The position numbers and the translations under genes were made by a program. The notes beneath the pieces were generated by a model. The model did not search any database. It worked only from the letters and a program-made list of their open reading frames with translations, and had not been told where the DNA came from. This document shows positions 29,075-38,657 of a stretch of DNA of 64,000 bases, piece by piece. This stretch comes from Myxococcota bacterium (GTDB lineage Bacteria > Myxococcota_A > UBA796 > CAJQPC01), in the NCBI GenBank assembly GCA_036229005.1, contig JAZAMN010000052.1, positions 384,001-448,000 of the forward strand, written 5' to 3'. The stretch's first letter is position 1. The number at the start of each line of letters is the position of its first letter.

Positions 29075-29835
29075 CGCTTGTTGCGCTCGTAGAGCAGGCG
29101 CAGGCCCTGGAGGGTGAGGTTCGGGCTGATGTGCTCGACCGAGGTGCAGGCCCGGCCGACCAGGTTGCTGAGGCCGCCGGTGGCAACGCAGGTGACCTGT
29201 CCGCCGAGCTCCTGGGAGCAGCGCTCGACCAGCCCGTCAACGAGGCCGACGTAGCCCCAGAAGACCCCCGACTGCATCGCGGAGATGGTGTTGGTCCCGA
29301 TGGCGTTCTGGGGCTTTCGGATGCTGATGTGCGGCAGCTTGGAGGTCTTCTGGAACAGGGCCTCGACCGAGATCTGCAGGCCGGGCGCGATGGCGCCGCC
29401 CACGTAGTCCCCGTCCGTGTTCACGCAGTCGAAGGTGGTCGCCGTCCCGAAGTCGACGACCACGAGCGGGGCCGGCCACTTGTCCAGAGCGGCCACGCAG
29501 TTCACGATGCGGTCGCTCCCGACCTCGCGGGGGTTGTCGGTGCGCACCCGCATGCCGGTCTTGAGGCCCTTGCCGACGACCAGAGGCTGGAGGTCGAGGT
29601 AGCGGTGGCTGGCCTTCTCCAGGGCGTAGAGCACCTCGGGCACCACGCAGGAGATGATGACCCCTCGGACCTCGCTCTTGTCGTGCCCCTTGAGGGCGAG
29701 GAGCTGGACGAGCTGGAGGCCGACCTCGTCTGTGGTGGAGAAGGCGCTGGAGACGCGCCAGGTGGTGCGGACCCTCTCGCCGTCGAGGAGAGCGAGGACC
29801 GTGTTCGTGTTGCCGACGTCGATGACCAGGAGCAT
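29071..29835 (-). CDS. coaX: Type III pantothenate kinase
   Basis: MLLVIDVGNTN, EVGSDR, VVDFGTATTFD, GGAIAPG, ATGG. Confidence 0.96.
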   Translation of the reverse strand: MLLVIDVGNTNTVLALLDGERVRTTWRVSSAFSTTDEVGLQLVQLLALKGHDKSEVRGVIISCVVPEVLYALEKASHRYLDLQPLVVGKGLKTGMRVRTDNPREVGSDRIVNCVAALDKWPAPLVVVDFGTATTFDCVNTDGDYVGGAIAPGLQISVEALFQKTSKLPHISIRKPQNAIGTNTISAMQSGVFWGYVGLVDGLVERCSQELGGQVTCVATGGLSNLVGRACTSVEHISPNLTLQGLRLLYERNKR

Positions 29836-29870
29836 GGCGCAAGCCTAACAAAGACGCCCGCGGCGCGGTC

Positions 29871-32033
29871 TCAGGCGCCCTGATCCAGGCGATGGACGGA
29901 CAGAACGCCCTTGATCTTGTTCAGGTTGCGGATGAGCTTCCGGAGCTCGTCGACGTTGTGGACGCCGATCTCCAGGTCGCACTCGGCCTTCTCGTCCCCG
30001 ACAGCGCGCATGGTGAGCGCGGTGATGTTCACCCCGGAGTCGGTGCAGGTCTTGGTGATCTTGGCCGCCATGCCAGGGGTGTCCCGGCAGACGACCCGGA
30101 TTCCGCCGGTGTGCTGCCCCTTGAACTGACCATCCCACTCCACCGGCATGCGCCGGGTGGGGTCCAGAGCCAGGAGCTGGGCGCAGTCCCGCCGGTGCAC
30201 CGAGATGCCCCGCCCCCGGGTGATGAAGCCGGCGACCTCGTCACCGGGGATGGGGTTGCAGCAGCGCGCGAAGGAGACGAGCACGTCGTCCTGACCGGAG
30301 ATGAGCACCGGCGAGACGCTGCGCTCGCGGATCTTGGAGATCAGCTTGTCCAGGGCGGACTCGCTCTTCTCCTCGTCCTGGTCCGCCCAATCCTTGTCCG
30401 GGAGCAGCTCCCGCACCAGCACGCTGGGCTGGGCGTGGCCGTGTGCGAGCTGCAGCAGCAGGTTGTCGGAGTTCTGGACCTTGCGCTCCTTGAGCACCTT
30501 CTTGAGCTGGCCGTTCTTGACGACCGCGGCCAGGCTGGAGCCGTTCCGCTTGAGCTCGTTCTCCAGGATGGTGGTTCCCATCCGGATGCCCGTCTGGCGC
30601 TCCTCTTCGCGCAGGAAGCGCCGGATCTTGGAGATGGCCCGGCTGGTGCGGACGAACTCCAGCCAGTCTCGCCGGGGGTGCTGGTCCTTGCGGGTGAGCA
30701 CCTCCATGTGGTCCCCAGAGCGCATCTCGTAGCGCAGCGGGACCATGCGCCCGTCCGCGCGCGCGCCCACGCAGCTATTCCCGACGTCGGTGTGGATGGA
30801 GTACGCAAAGTCCAGCGCGGTCGCGCCCTTGGGGAACTCGCGGATGTCCCCCTTGGGGGTGAAGACGAACACCTCGTTGTGGAAGAGGTCGATCTTCACG
30901 GCCTCCATGAACTCGTCGGGGTCTTCGACCTCTCGCGCCGTCTCGAAGACCTCGCGCAGCGAGTGGATGGAGGCGACCTCTTCGCGGGTGAGGGCCAGGT
31001 GGCCTTCCTTGTACTGCCAGTGCGCCGCGACCCCCCGCTCGCTCACCTGGTGCATGGCGTAGGTGCGGATCTGGACCTCTACCCGCTTGCCCTCGGGGCC
31101 CATCACCGTGGTGTGCAGGCTGCGGTACCCATTGGACTTGGGCATCGCGATGTAGTCCTTGATGCGGTCCGGCACCGGCGCGTAGAGCGAGTGGACGTAG
31201 CCCAAGGCCGCGTAGCAGCTCGGCATGTCATCGACGAGCACCCGAAAAGCCAGCAGATCGTGGACCTCGCTCACCCCCGCGCCGCTGTTCCCGACCTTGC
31301 GCCAGATGGACGCCAGGTGCTTGGCCCGGCCCTTGACCGAGCAGGCCAGCCCGCGGTCGATGAGCTGCTGGGAGATGCTCTTGGAGGTGCGCTCGATGTA
31401 GGCGTCCCGCTCGTCCCGGGTGGCCTCCAGGGCCTGCGCGATCTCCTGGTAGGCCTCGGGCTGGAGGTTCTGCAGGCAGAGGTCCTCCAGCTCCATGCGC
31501 CAGCGGGTCAGGCCCAGGCGGTTGGCCAGGGGCGCATAGATGTCCGAGGTCTCCTGGGCGATGCGCTGCTTCTTGTGGTCGGGCATCGAGCCCAGCGTGC
31601 GCATGTTGTGGAGCCGGTCGGCCAGCTTGACCAGGATGACCCGGATGTCCGCGGTCATGGCCAGCATCATCTTGCGGAAGTTCTCCGCCGCGGCCTCCTG
31701 CTTGGACCGGAACTCCAGCTTGCCGATCTTGGTGACCCCGTCGACCAGCTCGCCGATGATGGGCGAGAAGGCCTCCTCCAGCTCATGGCGCGTGACCATG
31801 GTGTCTTCGATCACGTCGTGCAGCAGCGCGGTGGCGATCGTGTCCACGTCCATCTGCTGCTCGACCAGGATGAAGGCCACGGCGAGCGGGTGCGTGAAGT
31901 AGGCCTCACCGGACTTGCGGTGCTGCTTGCGGTGTGCGTTCGCTGCGTAGAAGTACGCCCGCATGACGACGTCGAGGTCGGCGTCCGGCGCGTATTCCGA
32001 GATCTTGTTGAGGAGGGAGTCGAGGTCAGCCAA
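29871..32033 (-). CDS. rel: Bifunctional (p)ppGpp synthetase/hydrolase (Rel)
   Basis: Intact HD (LLHDVIED), KLADRLHNMRTL, RxKD motif (RIKDY), YRSLHT, EVQIRT, TGS (FTPKG..DFAYSIH), CC (RCCNPIPGD) and ACT domains. Confidence 0.95.
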   Translation of the reverse strand: MADLDSLLNKISEYAPDADLDVVMRAYFYAANAHRKQHRKSGEAYFTHPLAVAFILVEQQMDVDTIATALLHDVIEDTMVTRHELEEAFSPIIGELVDGVTKIGKLEFRSKQEAAAENFRKMMLAMTADIRVILVKLADRLHNMRTLGSMPDHKKQRIAQETSDIYAPLANRLGLTRWRMELEDLCLQNLQPEAYQEIAQALEATRDERDAYIERTSKSISQQLIDRGLACSVKGRAKHLASIWRKVGNSGAGVSEVHDLLAFRVLVDDMPSCYAALGYVHSLYAPVPDRIKDYIAMPKSNGYRSLHTTVMGPEGKRVEVQIRTYAMHQVSERGVAAHWQYKEGHLALTREEVASIHSLREVFETAREVEDPDEFMEAVKIDLFHNEVFVFTPKGDIREFPKGATALDFAYSIHTDVGNSCVGARADGRMVPLRYEMRSGDHMEVLTRKDQHPRRDWLEFVRTSRAISKIRRFLREEERQTGIRMGTTILENELKRNGSSLAAVVKNGQLKKVLKERKVQNSDNLLLQLAHGHAQPSVLVRELLPDKDWADQDEEKSESALDKLISKIRERSVSPVLISGQDDVLVSFARCCNPIPGDEVAGFITRGRGISVHRRDCAQLLALDPTRRMPVEWDGQFKGQHTGGIRVVCRDTPGMAAKITKTCTDSGVNITALTMRAVGDEKAECDLEIGVHNVDELRKLIRNLNKIKGVLSVHRLDQGA

Positions 32034-32060
32034 AACAGGTCCCTTGACTGATCATTGTAG

Positions 32061-32702
32061 TCACTTCTCAGCGCTGACAAGCCCTCGGACCACGCTCTGT
32101 CGCCTTCCGACCCGCTGAAGCTCGGAGATCAGGACCGCCTGCAGGCAGTCGTGGGCGCTCTCCAGCACGTCATTGACGACGATGTACTGGAACTCCCCGC
32201 AGGCATCGAGCTGCTCCTGGACCAAGCCCATCCGCGTGGCCACGGTGTCCTCGCTCTCGGTCCCTCTGGCGCGGAGGCGCTGCTCCAACACGGTGATCGA
32301 GGTGGGCGCGAGGAAGATGGAAACACACTCCGGCATCGCCTCCCGGACCTGCCGGGCCCCCTGGACGTCGATGTCCAGGATGATGGACTCCCCGCGAAGC
32401 AGCGCCTCCTCGACCGGGGCGCGCAGGGTCCCGTAGCGGTTGCCGTAGACCTCGGCCCACTCCAGGAAGGCCCCCTGCTCCACCAGCGCCTGGAAGCGGT
32501 CGGGGTCCAGGAAGTGGTAGTCGACGCCGTCCCGCTCGCCGGGGCGCGGCCTGCGCGTGGTGGCGCTCACGGAGAACCCGATGTCCGGGACGCGGCCGAG
32601 CGCCTCCCGCAGCAGGGTGGTCTTGCCGGTCCCGCTGGCTCCGGAGACGACGAACAGGGCGCCCGTGTCGGGGCGCTTCCACTGGGAGAGGTTCAGGCTC
32701 AC
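32061..32702 (-). CDS. gmk: Guanylate kinase
   Basis: SGASGTGKTT, SATTRRPRPGERDGVDYHF, EWAEVYGNRYGT, LDIDVQGA. Confidence 0.96.
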   Translation of the reverse strand: MSLNLSQWKRPDTGALFVVSGASGTGKTTLLREALGRVPDIGFSVSATTRRPRPGERDGVDYHFLDPDRFQALVEQGAFLEWAEVYGNRYGTLRAPVEEALLRGESIILDIDVQGARQVREAMPECVSIFLAPTSITVLEQRLRARGTESEDTVATRMGLVQEQLDACGEFQYIVVNDVLESAHDCLQAVLISELQRVGRRQSVVRGLVSAEK

Positions 32703-32706
32703 GGCA

Positions 32707-33579
32707 TCACTCGACGTTGGCGATCTGTTCGCGCACCCGCTCCAAGGTGCTCTTCATCTCCACCACCAGGCTGGACACGCTGTGCTCGGCGGCCTTGCTC
32801 CCGATGGTGTTGATCTCCCGGTTCATCTCCTGGGCCAGGAAGTCCAGGCGGCGCCCGATGGGCTCCCGGCGCTCCATGGCCAGGCGGAACTGCTTGACGT
32901 GACTGCTCAGGCGCTGCAGCTCTTCGGTCACGTCGGCCTTGTCGGCCAGCAGCGCGGCCTCCTGGGTGAGGCGCTCGGTGTCCACCCGGTCGGAGACCAG
33001 CCGGGAGATCCGGTCCATCAGGCGCAGGCGCAGGCGAGCGTTCAGGCCGTCCGCCTCCAGCTCCACCTTCTGCCGGTGGTCATCCAGGTCGACCACCATC
33101 TCGGTCAGCGCGTCGTAGAGCGCCTGGCCTTCGCGCTTGCGCATCTCCAGCAGGTGCTCGGCGGCGGCGGTCACAGCGGTCTCGACCACGGGCCACTCAC
33201 CGGCGACGTCGACCTCCTGCTCCACCGTCGACATCACCCCAGGCATGGAGGCGATCCGGCTGATGCTGAGATCGTTGACCACCCCCGGGAGGGCCTCGCC
33301 CAGCTCCAGGAGGCTGGAGTGGTAGCTGCGAGCGAGGTGCTTGTCGATCACCACGCCCACACCGTTCCCGCCAACGACCCGGCGCACGAACACGTCCACG
33401 CGCCCCCGCCCGAAGCGCCCCTTGAGCAGCCCCTTGATGCGGTTCTCGAAGGCCATGTACTCGCGCGGCGTGCGGAGCTGCAGGTCCAGGAAGCGGTTGT
33501 TCACCGACTTCATCTCGACGACGATCGACACGCCCCCCGCGGCGGCCTCACCGCGGCCGTACCCGGTCATGGACTGCAT
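32707..33579 (-). CDS. yicC: YicC/YloC family endoribonuclease
   Basis: SMTGYGRG, KSVNNRFLD, EELQRLSSH, GRRLDFLAQEMNREINTIGSK, REQIANVE. Confidence 0.95.
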   Translation of the reverse strand: MQSMTGYGRGEAAAGGVSIVVEMKSVNNRFLDLQLRTPREYMAFENRIKGLLKGRFGRGRVDVFVRRVVGGNGVGVVIDKHLARSYHSSLLELGEALPGVVNDLSISRIASMPGVMSTVEQEVDVAGEWPVVETAVTAAAEHLLEMRKREGQALYDALTEMVVDLDDHRQKVELEADGLNARLRLRLMDRISRLVSDRVDTERLTQEAALLADKADVTEELQRLSSHVKQFRLAMERREPIGRRLDFLAQEMNREINTIGSKAAEHSVSSLVVEMKSTLERVREQIANVE

Positions 33580-34526
33580 CAGAGCGCCGGCTCAGCGGGA
33601 CACCAGTCCCCCAGCCCGGAGCAGTCCCAGGCGCAGGCGTCGAAGCTGGAGAAGCTGCCCGTGCAGGTCGTGCCGTCGCTGGTGACGTAGGTGCCGCCAC
33701 CCTGGCCCGAGATGGTGCGCTCGGCGGTCCACCGCGCGACCTCGTTCTCGGTGCCCAGCTCGTAGTAGACCATCTCCTCGACCGTGGCCCCGGAGAAGCT
33801 GCGGGTCACGGTGTGGAAGTAGGAGAAGCCGTCGCTGCCCTTGACGTCGCCGGTGGTCTCGACCTCCAGCGCGCCCCCAGCCCGGCGCACGATGCTGTAG
33901 TCGTAGCTCAGGTCGGCGGACTCGTGGTTCCACCAGCTCAGCTCGCGGCCGTCCGAGTGGATCTCCCCGACGCCGTACTCCAGGTTGTCCCCGGTGCCAG
34001 AGGTCCCCTCCCAGGTGATCTTGTCCGCGGACACGATGGTGTAGTCCTGGGTGTACTGCGGGTCCCGGGGGATGAGCCCGTTCTCCTGCTCCTGGCGGTA
34101 GCGGCGGGTGCCCTCGCAGCCGGCGCGCGTGTGCCGCAGGATGTAGCTGTACTGACGGTCCAGGGCGTCCGTCTGGATGTACTTGCCCCGGATGTCGATG
34201 TTGCCGTTGCGGAAGATGGTCCCGTAGTTGTCGAACTCGGTGTCCGTCGCCAGGTTCTTGATGTAGTACCCGGACGAGAAGTTCGTCAGCCAGTCGAAGT
34301 TCCCGTTGGCCTGGTTGTACGAGCCCGCGATGAGCTGCTTGTACTCGCTGTCAGGCTCGATCCTGAAGGCCAGGTTGTTGGGCGCATCGCGCGTTCCCTC
34401 GCCCCGGTCCGCGGCGAAGGCCAGGTCAGCCTCCCACCAGTCCAGCACGGGGTACTCGCACGCGAGGTCCCGGTTCAGGTAGTTTCCGCCGTCGCCGCAG
34501 GCCAGCAGGCCCAAGATGAGCACCAT
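33579..34526 (-). CDS. Hypothetical lipoprotein (beta-strand rich)
   Basis: SD GAGGTG then MVLILGLLAC; Tyr/Thr/Gly-rich body; Cys-rich C-terminus; TGATG overlap with yicC. Confidence 0.7.
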   Translation of the reverse strand: MVLILGLLACGDGGNYLNRDLACEYPVLDWWEADLAFAADRGEGTRDAPNNLAFRIEPDSEYKQLIAGSYNQANGNFDWLTNFSSGYYIKNLATDTEFDNYGTIFRNGNIDIRGKYIQTDALDRQYSYILRHTRAGCEGTRRYRQEQENGLIPRDPQYTQDYTIVSADKITWEGTSGTGDNLEYGVGEIHSDGRELSWWNHESADLSYDYSIVRRAGGALEVETTGDVKGSDGFSYFHTVTRSFSGATVEEMVYYELGTENEVARWTAERTISGQGGGTYVTSDGTTCTGSFSSFDACAWDCSGLGDWCPAEPAL

Positions 34527-34550
34527 CTCTGCACCTCGAAGGGAGAGTGG

Positions 34551-35666
34551 TCATACAACCCCGGGGGGGCTCCCGCAAGCCGGACGCAGGCCCACGCCCG
34601 CCCACACATCCAGCACGCCATCGGCCTGTGCGGCAAGTGTGAAGCCGGCTTTCACGCGCTCGCGGGCAGCCTGTCCTCGCTGGTGGAGGGCGTGTTGGGA
34701 TCGAAGGGCGGCCTGCAGGGTGTCCCGAAGGTGGACCACCGACCCCTGGGGCACCACCCAGCCGACCTCCTCATCCACCAGATCCTCCAGGCCCGGCAGA
34801 TCGGTCGTGATGACGGGCAGTCCGGCGGCCATCGCTTCCATCAGCGCCACCGGCAGGCCATCGCGGTCTCCGTCGGGCGCCACCTGGCAAGGGAGGACGA
34901 AGGCAGCGGCGCGGTGCATCAGGCTGCGGATCTCCACCGCCGAGCACGCCCCGTGACTGCGCACCCCGGCCCTCTGCGGAGCAAGCGAGGTCACCCCGAC
35001 GATGTCCAGCTCCACATCGGGCAGACCGCCCAAGGCAGACAGGAGGGTGCCCAGGCCCTTCTTGGGGACGTCGCGGCCCACGAACAGCAGCGGTCCGCCT
35101 GCCTGGGGGCCCGGACCGGCCCAGAACTCCGGCTCCACCCCACAGGGCTGGACCTGGGGCCGGACTCCGCTGCGCTGGAGGATGCGCTCGGCGTTGTGGT
35201 GGGTCACGGTGAGCACCGCGGCGGCGTCCCGCAGGAGCGTGTCCAGGCTGGGGCGCGGCTTGAAGAGGTCGACCGCGTGGACCGTGAGCACGTAGGGCAG
35301 GCCCAGGACCTTGTGCGCCACCCAGGCCCACTCCGCGGCCTCTCCGGCGAAGTGGCAGTGGATGCCGTCCACCCCGGAGAGGGTCTCCAGAGCCCAGAGC
35401 GCGCGGGCGCAGTCCTTGGGGCGTTGGTGCTGGGAGAGCCAGCCGATGGCCTCGCGGGTGGTGGGATCCTTGAGCTGGGAGAGGCCCCGCAGAGCCCGGC
35501 GCGGTGGGTACACGCAGTCCCAGGGCGCCTTGACCCCGCCCTCCTCCCGGGCGCCGATCGCGAGGGCCTGGACCTGGACGCCGCGGGCCTTCAGGGCGGC
35601 CGCCTCCCGGTAGACGAAGGTCTCGCTGGCCGTGGGGTAGTAGCGGAGCCAGTAGGCCAGGCGCAT
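34551..35666 (-). CDS. Glycosyltransferase family 4
   Basis: YPTASETF, HCHFA, TVHAVD, FVGRDVPKKG, DRDGLPVALMEAMAAG; start ATG 35666. Confidence 0.88.
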   Translation of the reverse strand: MRLAYWLRYYPTASETFVYREAAALKARGVQVQALAIGAREEGGVKAPWDCVYPPRRALRGLSQLKDPTTREAIGWLSQHQRPKDCARALWALETLSGVDGIHCHFAGEAAEWAWVAHKVLGLPYVLTVHAVDLFKPRPSLDTLLRDAAAVLTVTHHNAERILQRSGVRPQVQPCGVEPEFWAGPGPQAGGPLLFVGRDVPKKGLGTLLSALGGLPDVELDIVGVTSLAPQRAGVRSHGACSAVEIRSLMHRAAAFVLPCQVAPDGDRDGLPVALMEAMAAGLPVITTDLPGLEDLVDEEVGWVVPQGSVVHLRDTLQAALRSQHALHQRGQAARERVKAGFTLAAQADGVLDVWAGVGLRPACGSPPGVV

Positions 35667-36805
35667 CAGCCCAGGGTCGCCTGCAGGATGGGGAGCAGCT
35701 CGCGGGCGCGGGCCTTCCATGAGCGGAGGCTGCGGCGGCGTTGACGGCTGGGCGGCACCAGAGAGCGCTGGATGGCGGCGGCGAGTCCCCGGGCGTCTCC
35801 GGGGCGGAACCACTGGGCGTCCTGGGGCTGGAGCACCTCGCGCAGAGAGCCGACGTCGGCGACGACAAGGGGCAACCCGACAGCGCGATAGTCCCATAGT
35901 TTCAGTGGGTTGCAGAGCCTCTGGCCGAAGAGGTTGTCGTCCAGGGGGAGCACGGCGGCGTGCCAGCGCTGGATGTGGTCTGGCACCTGCTTGTAGGGCA
36001 GCTCACCGGCCCAGCGCACCCGCGGCGGGAGCGGGCCCAGGGCGTCCAGCTCGGCCTGGGTGCCGCCCAGCAGCTCCAGGACCACCCCTGGCCCCAGCAG
36101 TGCGGCGGACTCAAGCAGCGTGTGCAGGCCCTTGTAGGGGCGCAGGGAGCCCGCATAGCCGACCACGATCTCCGCGCCGGGGCGGTGCTCTCGGACCCGG
36201 CTGGGGTTGGTGGCGTTGTAGACGACCGCCCGGTTGGCCGCCATCAGCCCGGGGTGGGCCTTGTCCAGGTCCTCCAGGGTGCCGCGGGTGTTGCCGACCA
36301 CGCCCTCGGCCAGAGCCAGCAGGCGGGCCTCCAGGCGCTCCATGGCGCGGGGGTTGTCGCCGCGCTCGCGGGCCAGGGCGGAGTCGACCTCGTGCGCCTC
36401 CAGGACCAGCGGCGGGCCGAAGGGGATGCTCATCAGCTCGTCGGCGTAGGCCTTGTTCCGGGCCAGGATGACGCTGCGGTAGGGCCGGTGGATCATCGCC
36501 TGGACGCTCCACTTGAGCACCTGCCAGCGGAACCAGAGGCCCCCCAGGGTCTTGTGGCCGGGCTCCGGGATGCGCAGGTCCAGCGATGCCACGTCGGGCA
36601 GGTCGTAGAAGCGCAGGATCTCCTCGCGGCTGGTGGGCTTTCCGTCGGCCCGCTGGTCCGCGATGAGGGTCACCTGGCAGCCGAGCTCCGCCAGCGCGTG
36701 GGCCGTCCCCAGCACCTGGATCGACTGCGCGCGCGTGTCCGGCAGGCGGGGCCGGTAGAGCACCAGCACCGAGATGGGGCCGTCCTTGCTCGGCAGGGCT
36801 TTCAA
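35666..36805 (-). CDS. Glycosyltransferase family 4
   Basis: AQSIQV, LEAHE, GYAGSLRPYKG, NPLKLWDYRAVGLP; TTG 36805 overlaps the upstream stop. Confidence 0.8.
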   Translation of the reverse strand: MKALPSKDGPISVLVLYRPRLPDTRAQSIQVLGTAHALAELGCQVTLIADQRADGKPTSREEILRFYDLPDVASLDLRIPEPGHKTLGGLWFRWQVLKWSVQAMIHRPYRSVILARNKAYADELMSIPFGPPLVLEAHEVDSALARERGDNPRAMERLEARLLALAEGVVGNTRGTLEDLDKAHPGLMAANRAVVYNATNPSRVREHRPGAEIVVGYAGSLRPYKGLHTLLESAALLGPGVVLELLGGTQAELDALGPLPPRVRWAGELPYKQVPDHIQRWHAAVLPLDDNLFGQRLCNPLKLWDYRAVGLPLVVADVGSLREVLQPQDAQWFRPGDARGLAAAIQRSLVPPSRQRRRSLRSWKARARELLPILQATLG

Positions 36806-37818
36806 AGGCTCTCCATCAGGGTGCGCAGGGCGGCGTCGGGGCCGTGGTGGGTCTGCGCCCAAGCGCGGGCGCGGGTGCGGGCCCCCTCATCATCGAGCAT
36901 CGCGCGCACCAAGGCCAGATCGGGCCGATCCGGATCGGCCAGAAGCAAGCCGGCACCGATGGCCTCGGGGATCCCCCCGGTCGGGGCGCCGATCACCGGG
37001 GTGCCGCGCTCCTGCGACTCCACCAGCACGATGCCCAGGCCCTCGGCGCCGTAGCCCTGGGGGTCCTCGCGGGACAGCAGCAGGGTCGCGGCGCTGGACC
37101 CCATGACCTCGCCGGCGCGCTCTCGCTCCAGCCGGCCTTCAAAGCGCACCCTGGCCTTCTGGCGGTGGGCCAAGGCCTGGAGTGCGCCCAGGGCCCTCCC
37201 CTCCCCCACGACCACCAGCTCCCGGTCCAGCGCCCGCGCCAGGTGAATGGCCCGGTCCACGCCCTTGAGCTCCGTCAGCCGCGCCACGACGCAGAGGGAA
37301 TCGCCGCCCAGACCGGGGGTCTTTGTGTGCGGGAGAGGGAGCGGCAGGACCTTGGCCGGCACACCCGCCTCCACCGACAGACCCGCCAGGTGCCCGGACA
37401 CCGCGAACACCGCATCCATCGACGAGGCCACGCTGCGGTAGAGGTCCAAGTCGACGCCGCGGGCGCTGATCTCCGAGCCGTGCAGGCAGAGCGCGCGCCA
37501 GATCCCCTTTGGAAGTCTGGGCCCCAGTCGCGCCGCCAGCGGCCAGGTAGCAAAGACCACCCGGTCCCCGGGCTGGAGGGATCTGGGGAGCTGCAGGCGC
37601 ACCCAGAGGGCCTGGTGCTTGTTCCAGCTCCGGCCCCAGAGGCGCCTGACCGGAAACGGGAGCCCGCGGTCATGCTCCAGGTCCCCAGGCGCGCTGCGGG
37701 CGTGGACGATGACGGGCTGCCCCGCGTGGTGCAGAGCGGCCGCCAGGTCCCCCACCCAGCTCGCGACTCCGCCGGTGGCCCGCGGCGGGAAGTCGAGGGT
37801 GACCAGGTGCCAGGTCAT
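36802..37818 (-). CDS. Glycosyltransferase family 4
   Basis: DFPPRATGGV, VARLTELKG, EGLGIVLVE, GGIPEAI. Confidence 0.85.
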   Translation of the reverse strand: MTWHLVTLDFPPRATGGVASWVGDLAAALHHAGQPVIVHARSAPGDLEHDRGLPFPVRRLWGRSWNKHQALWVRLQLPRSLQPGDRVVFATWPLAARLGPRLPKGIWRALCLHGSEISARGVDLDLYRSVASSMDAVFAVSGHLAGLSVEAGVPAKVLPLPLPHTKTPGLGGDSLCVVARLTELKGVDRAIHLARALDRELVVVGEGRALGALQALAHRQKARVRFEGRLERERAGEVMGSSAATLLLSREDPQGYGAEGLGIVLVESQERGTPVIGAPTGGIPEAIGAGLLLADPDRPDLALVRAMLDDEGARTRARAWAQTHHGPDAALRTLMESL

Positions 37819-38657
37819 CGCCGGCGCTCCTGGATGGCCTGCACGACGACCTCCACGGCGAGGTCCTGGAGGCAGGCGTGGTCACGCAGGGGGCAGCGGG
37901 GGCCCCCGTGCTTGGAGCAGGGCGAGCAGGGCAGGCCCAGGTGCAGCGGCGGGCTGGCGTGCGACCAGAAGCCGTCCAGGGGATGGGTGGGCCCAAAGAG
38001 CGGCACCGTCGGGATCCCGCAGGCCGCGGCGAGGTGCATCAGCCCGGTGTCCCCTCCGACCACCACGCCGCTGTGGGCCAGAGCCTCCAGGGTGCGCTCG
38101 ACGCCGGACTCTGCGATGCAGCGGTCCTGGGGGTGGGCCAGGGACTGCAGCAGGGTGTCCTCGTCTGGGCCCCCAAGCCAGATCACCGGCTCGGACAAGG
38201 CCCGGCGCAGCGCGGCAAAGTGTGGCCAGCGCTTGGTCGCGTGGGCGGCGCCGGGCACCAGGGCGATGCGGTGGTCCAAGGTGTCGAGAGCAATCCAGGG
38301 CCCCTCGGAGACCGGGACCCCTGCAGCATCCGCGTAGCGCTGCACCACCGGCGTCGCCGGGCGCTGGGACTTGGCCCACACCCGCATCAGGCGCAGCGGG
38401 CGCTCACTGTCCACCCGGCTCGGGGAGCGGCCCCGCAGCAACGCCCGAGAGCGGCGCGAGTTCTGCAGGTCCACGGTGGCTTGGGTCTGGGCCAGCGGAG
38501 ATTGGGGATCCACAGTCGCCACCACCCCCTGGAAGCGGGCGACGAGGGGATGCAGGCGCGGCTTGGTGAGGAAGTGCACCTCCCCGATTCCGCCCGTCAC
38601 CCCAGACGCGAGCACCACGTCCCCCAGCGAGGACAAGCGACAGAGCAGCGTGCTCAT
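37815..38657 (-). CDS. Glycosyltransferase family 9 (LPS heptosyltransferase-like)
   Basis: RLSSLGDVVL, PGAAHATKRWP, GGDTGLMHLAAA, LFGPT, PCSPCS; start ATG 38657. Confidence 0.88.
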   Translation of the reverse strand: MSTLLCRLSSLGDVVLASGVTGGIGEVHFLTKPRLHPLVARFQGVVATVDPQSPLAQTQATVDLQNSRRSRALLRGRSPSRVDSERPLRLMRVWAKSQRPATPVVQRYADAAGVPVSEGPWIALDTLDHRIALVPGAAHATKRWPHFAALRRALSEPVIWLGGPDEDTLLQSLAHPQDRCIAESGVERTLEALAHSGVVVGGDTGLMHLAAACGIPTVPLFGPTHPLDGFWSHASPPLHLGLPCSPCSKHGGPRCPLRDHACLQDLAVEVVVQAIQERRR

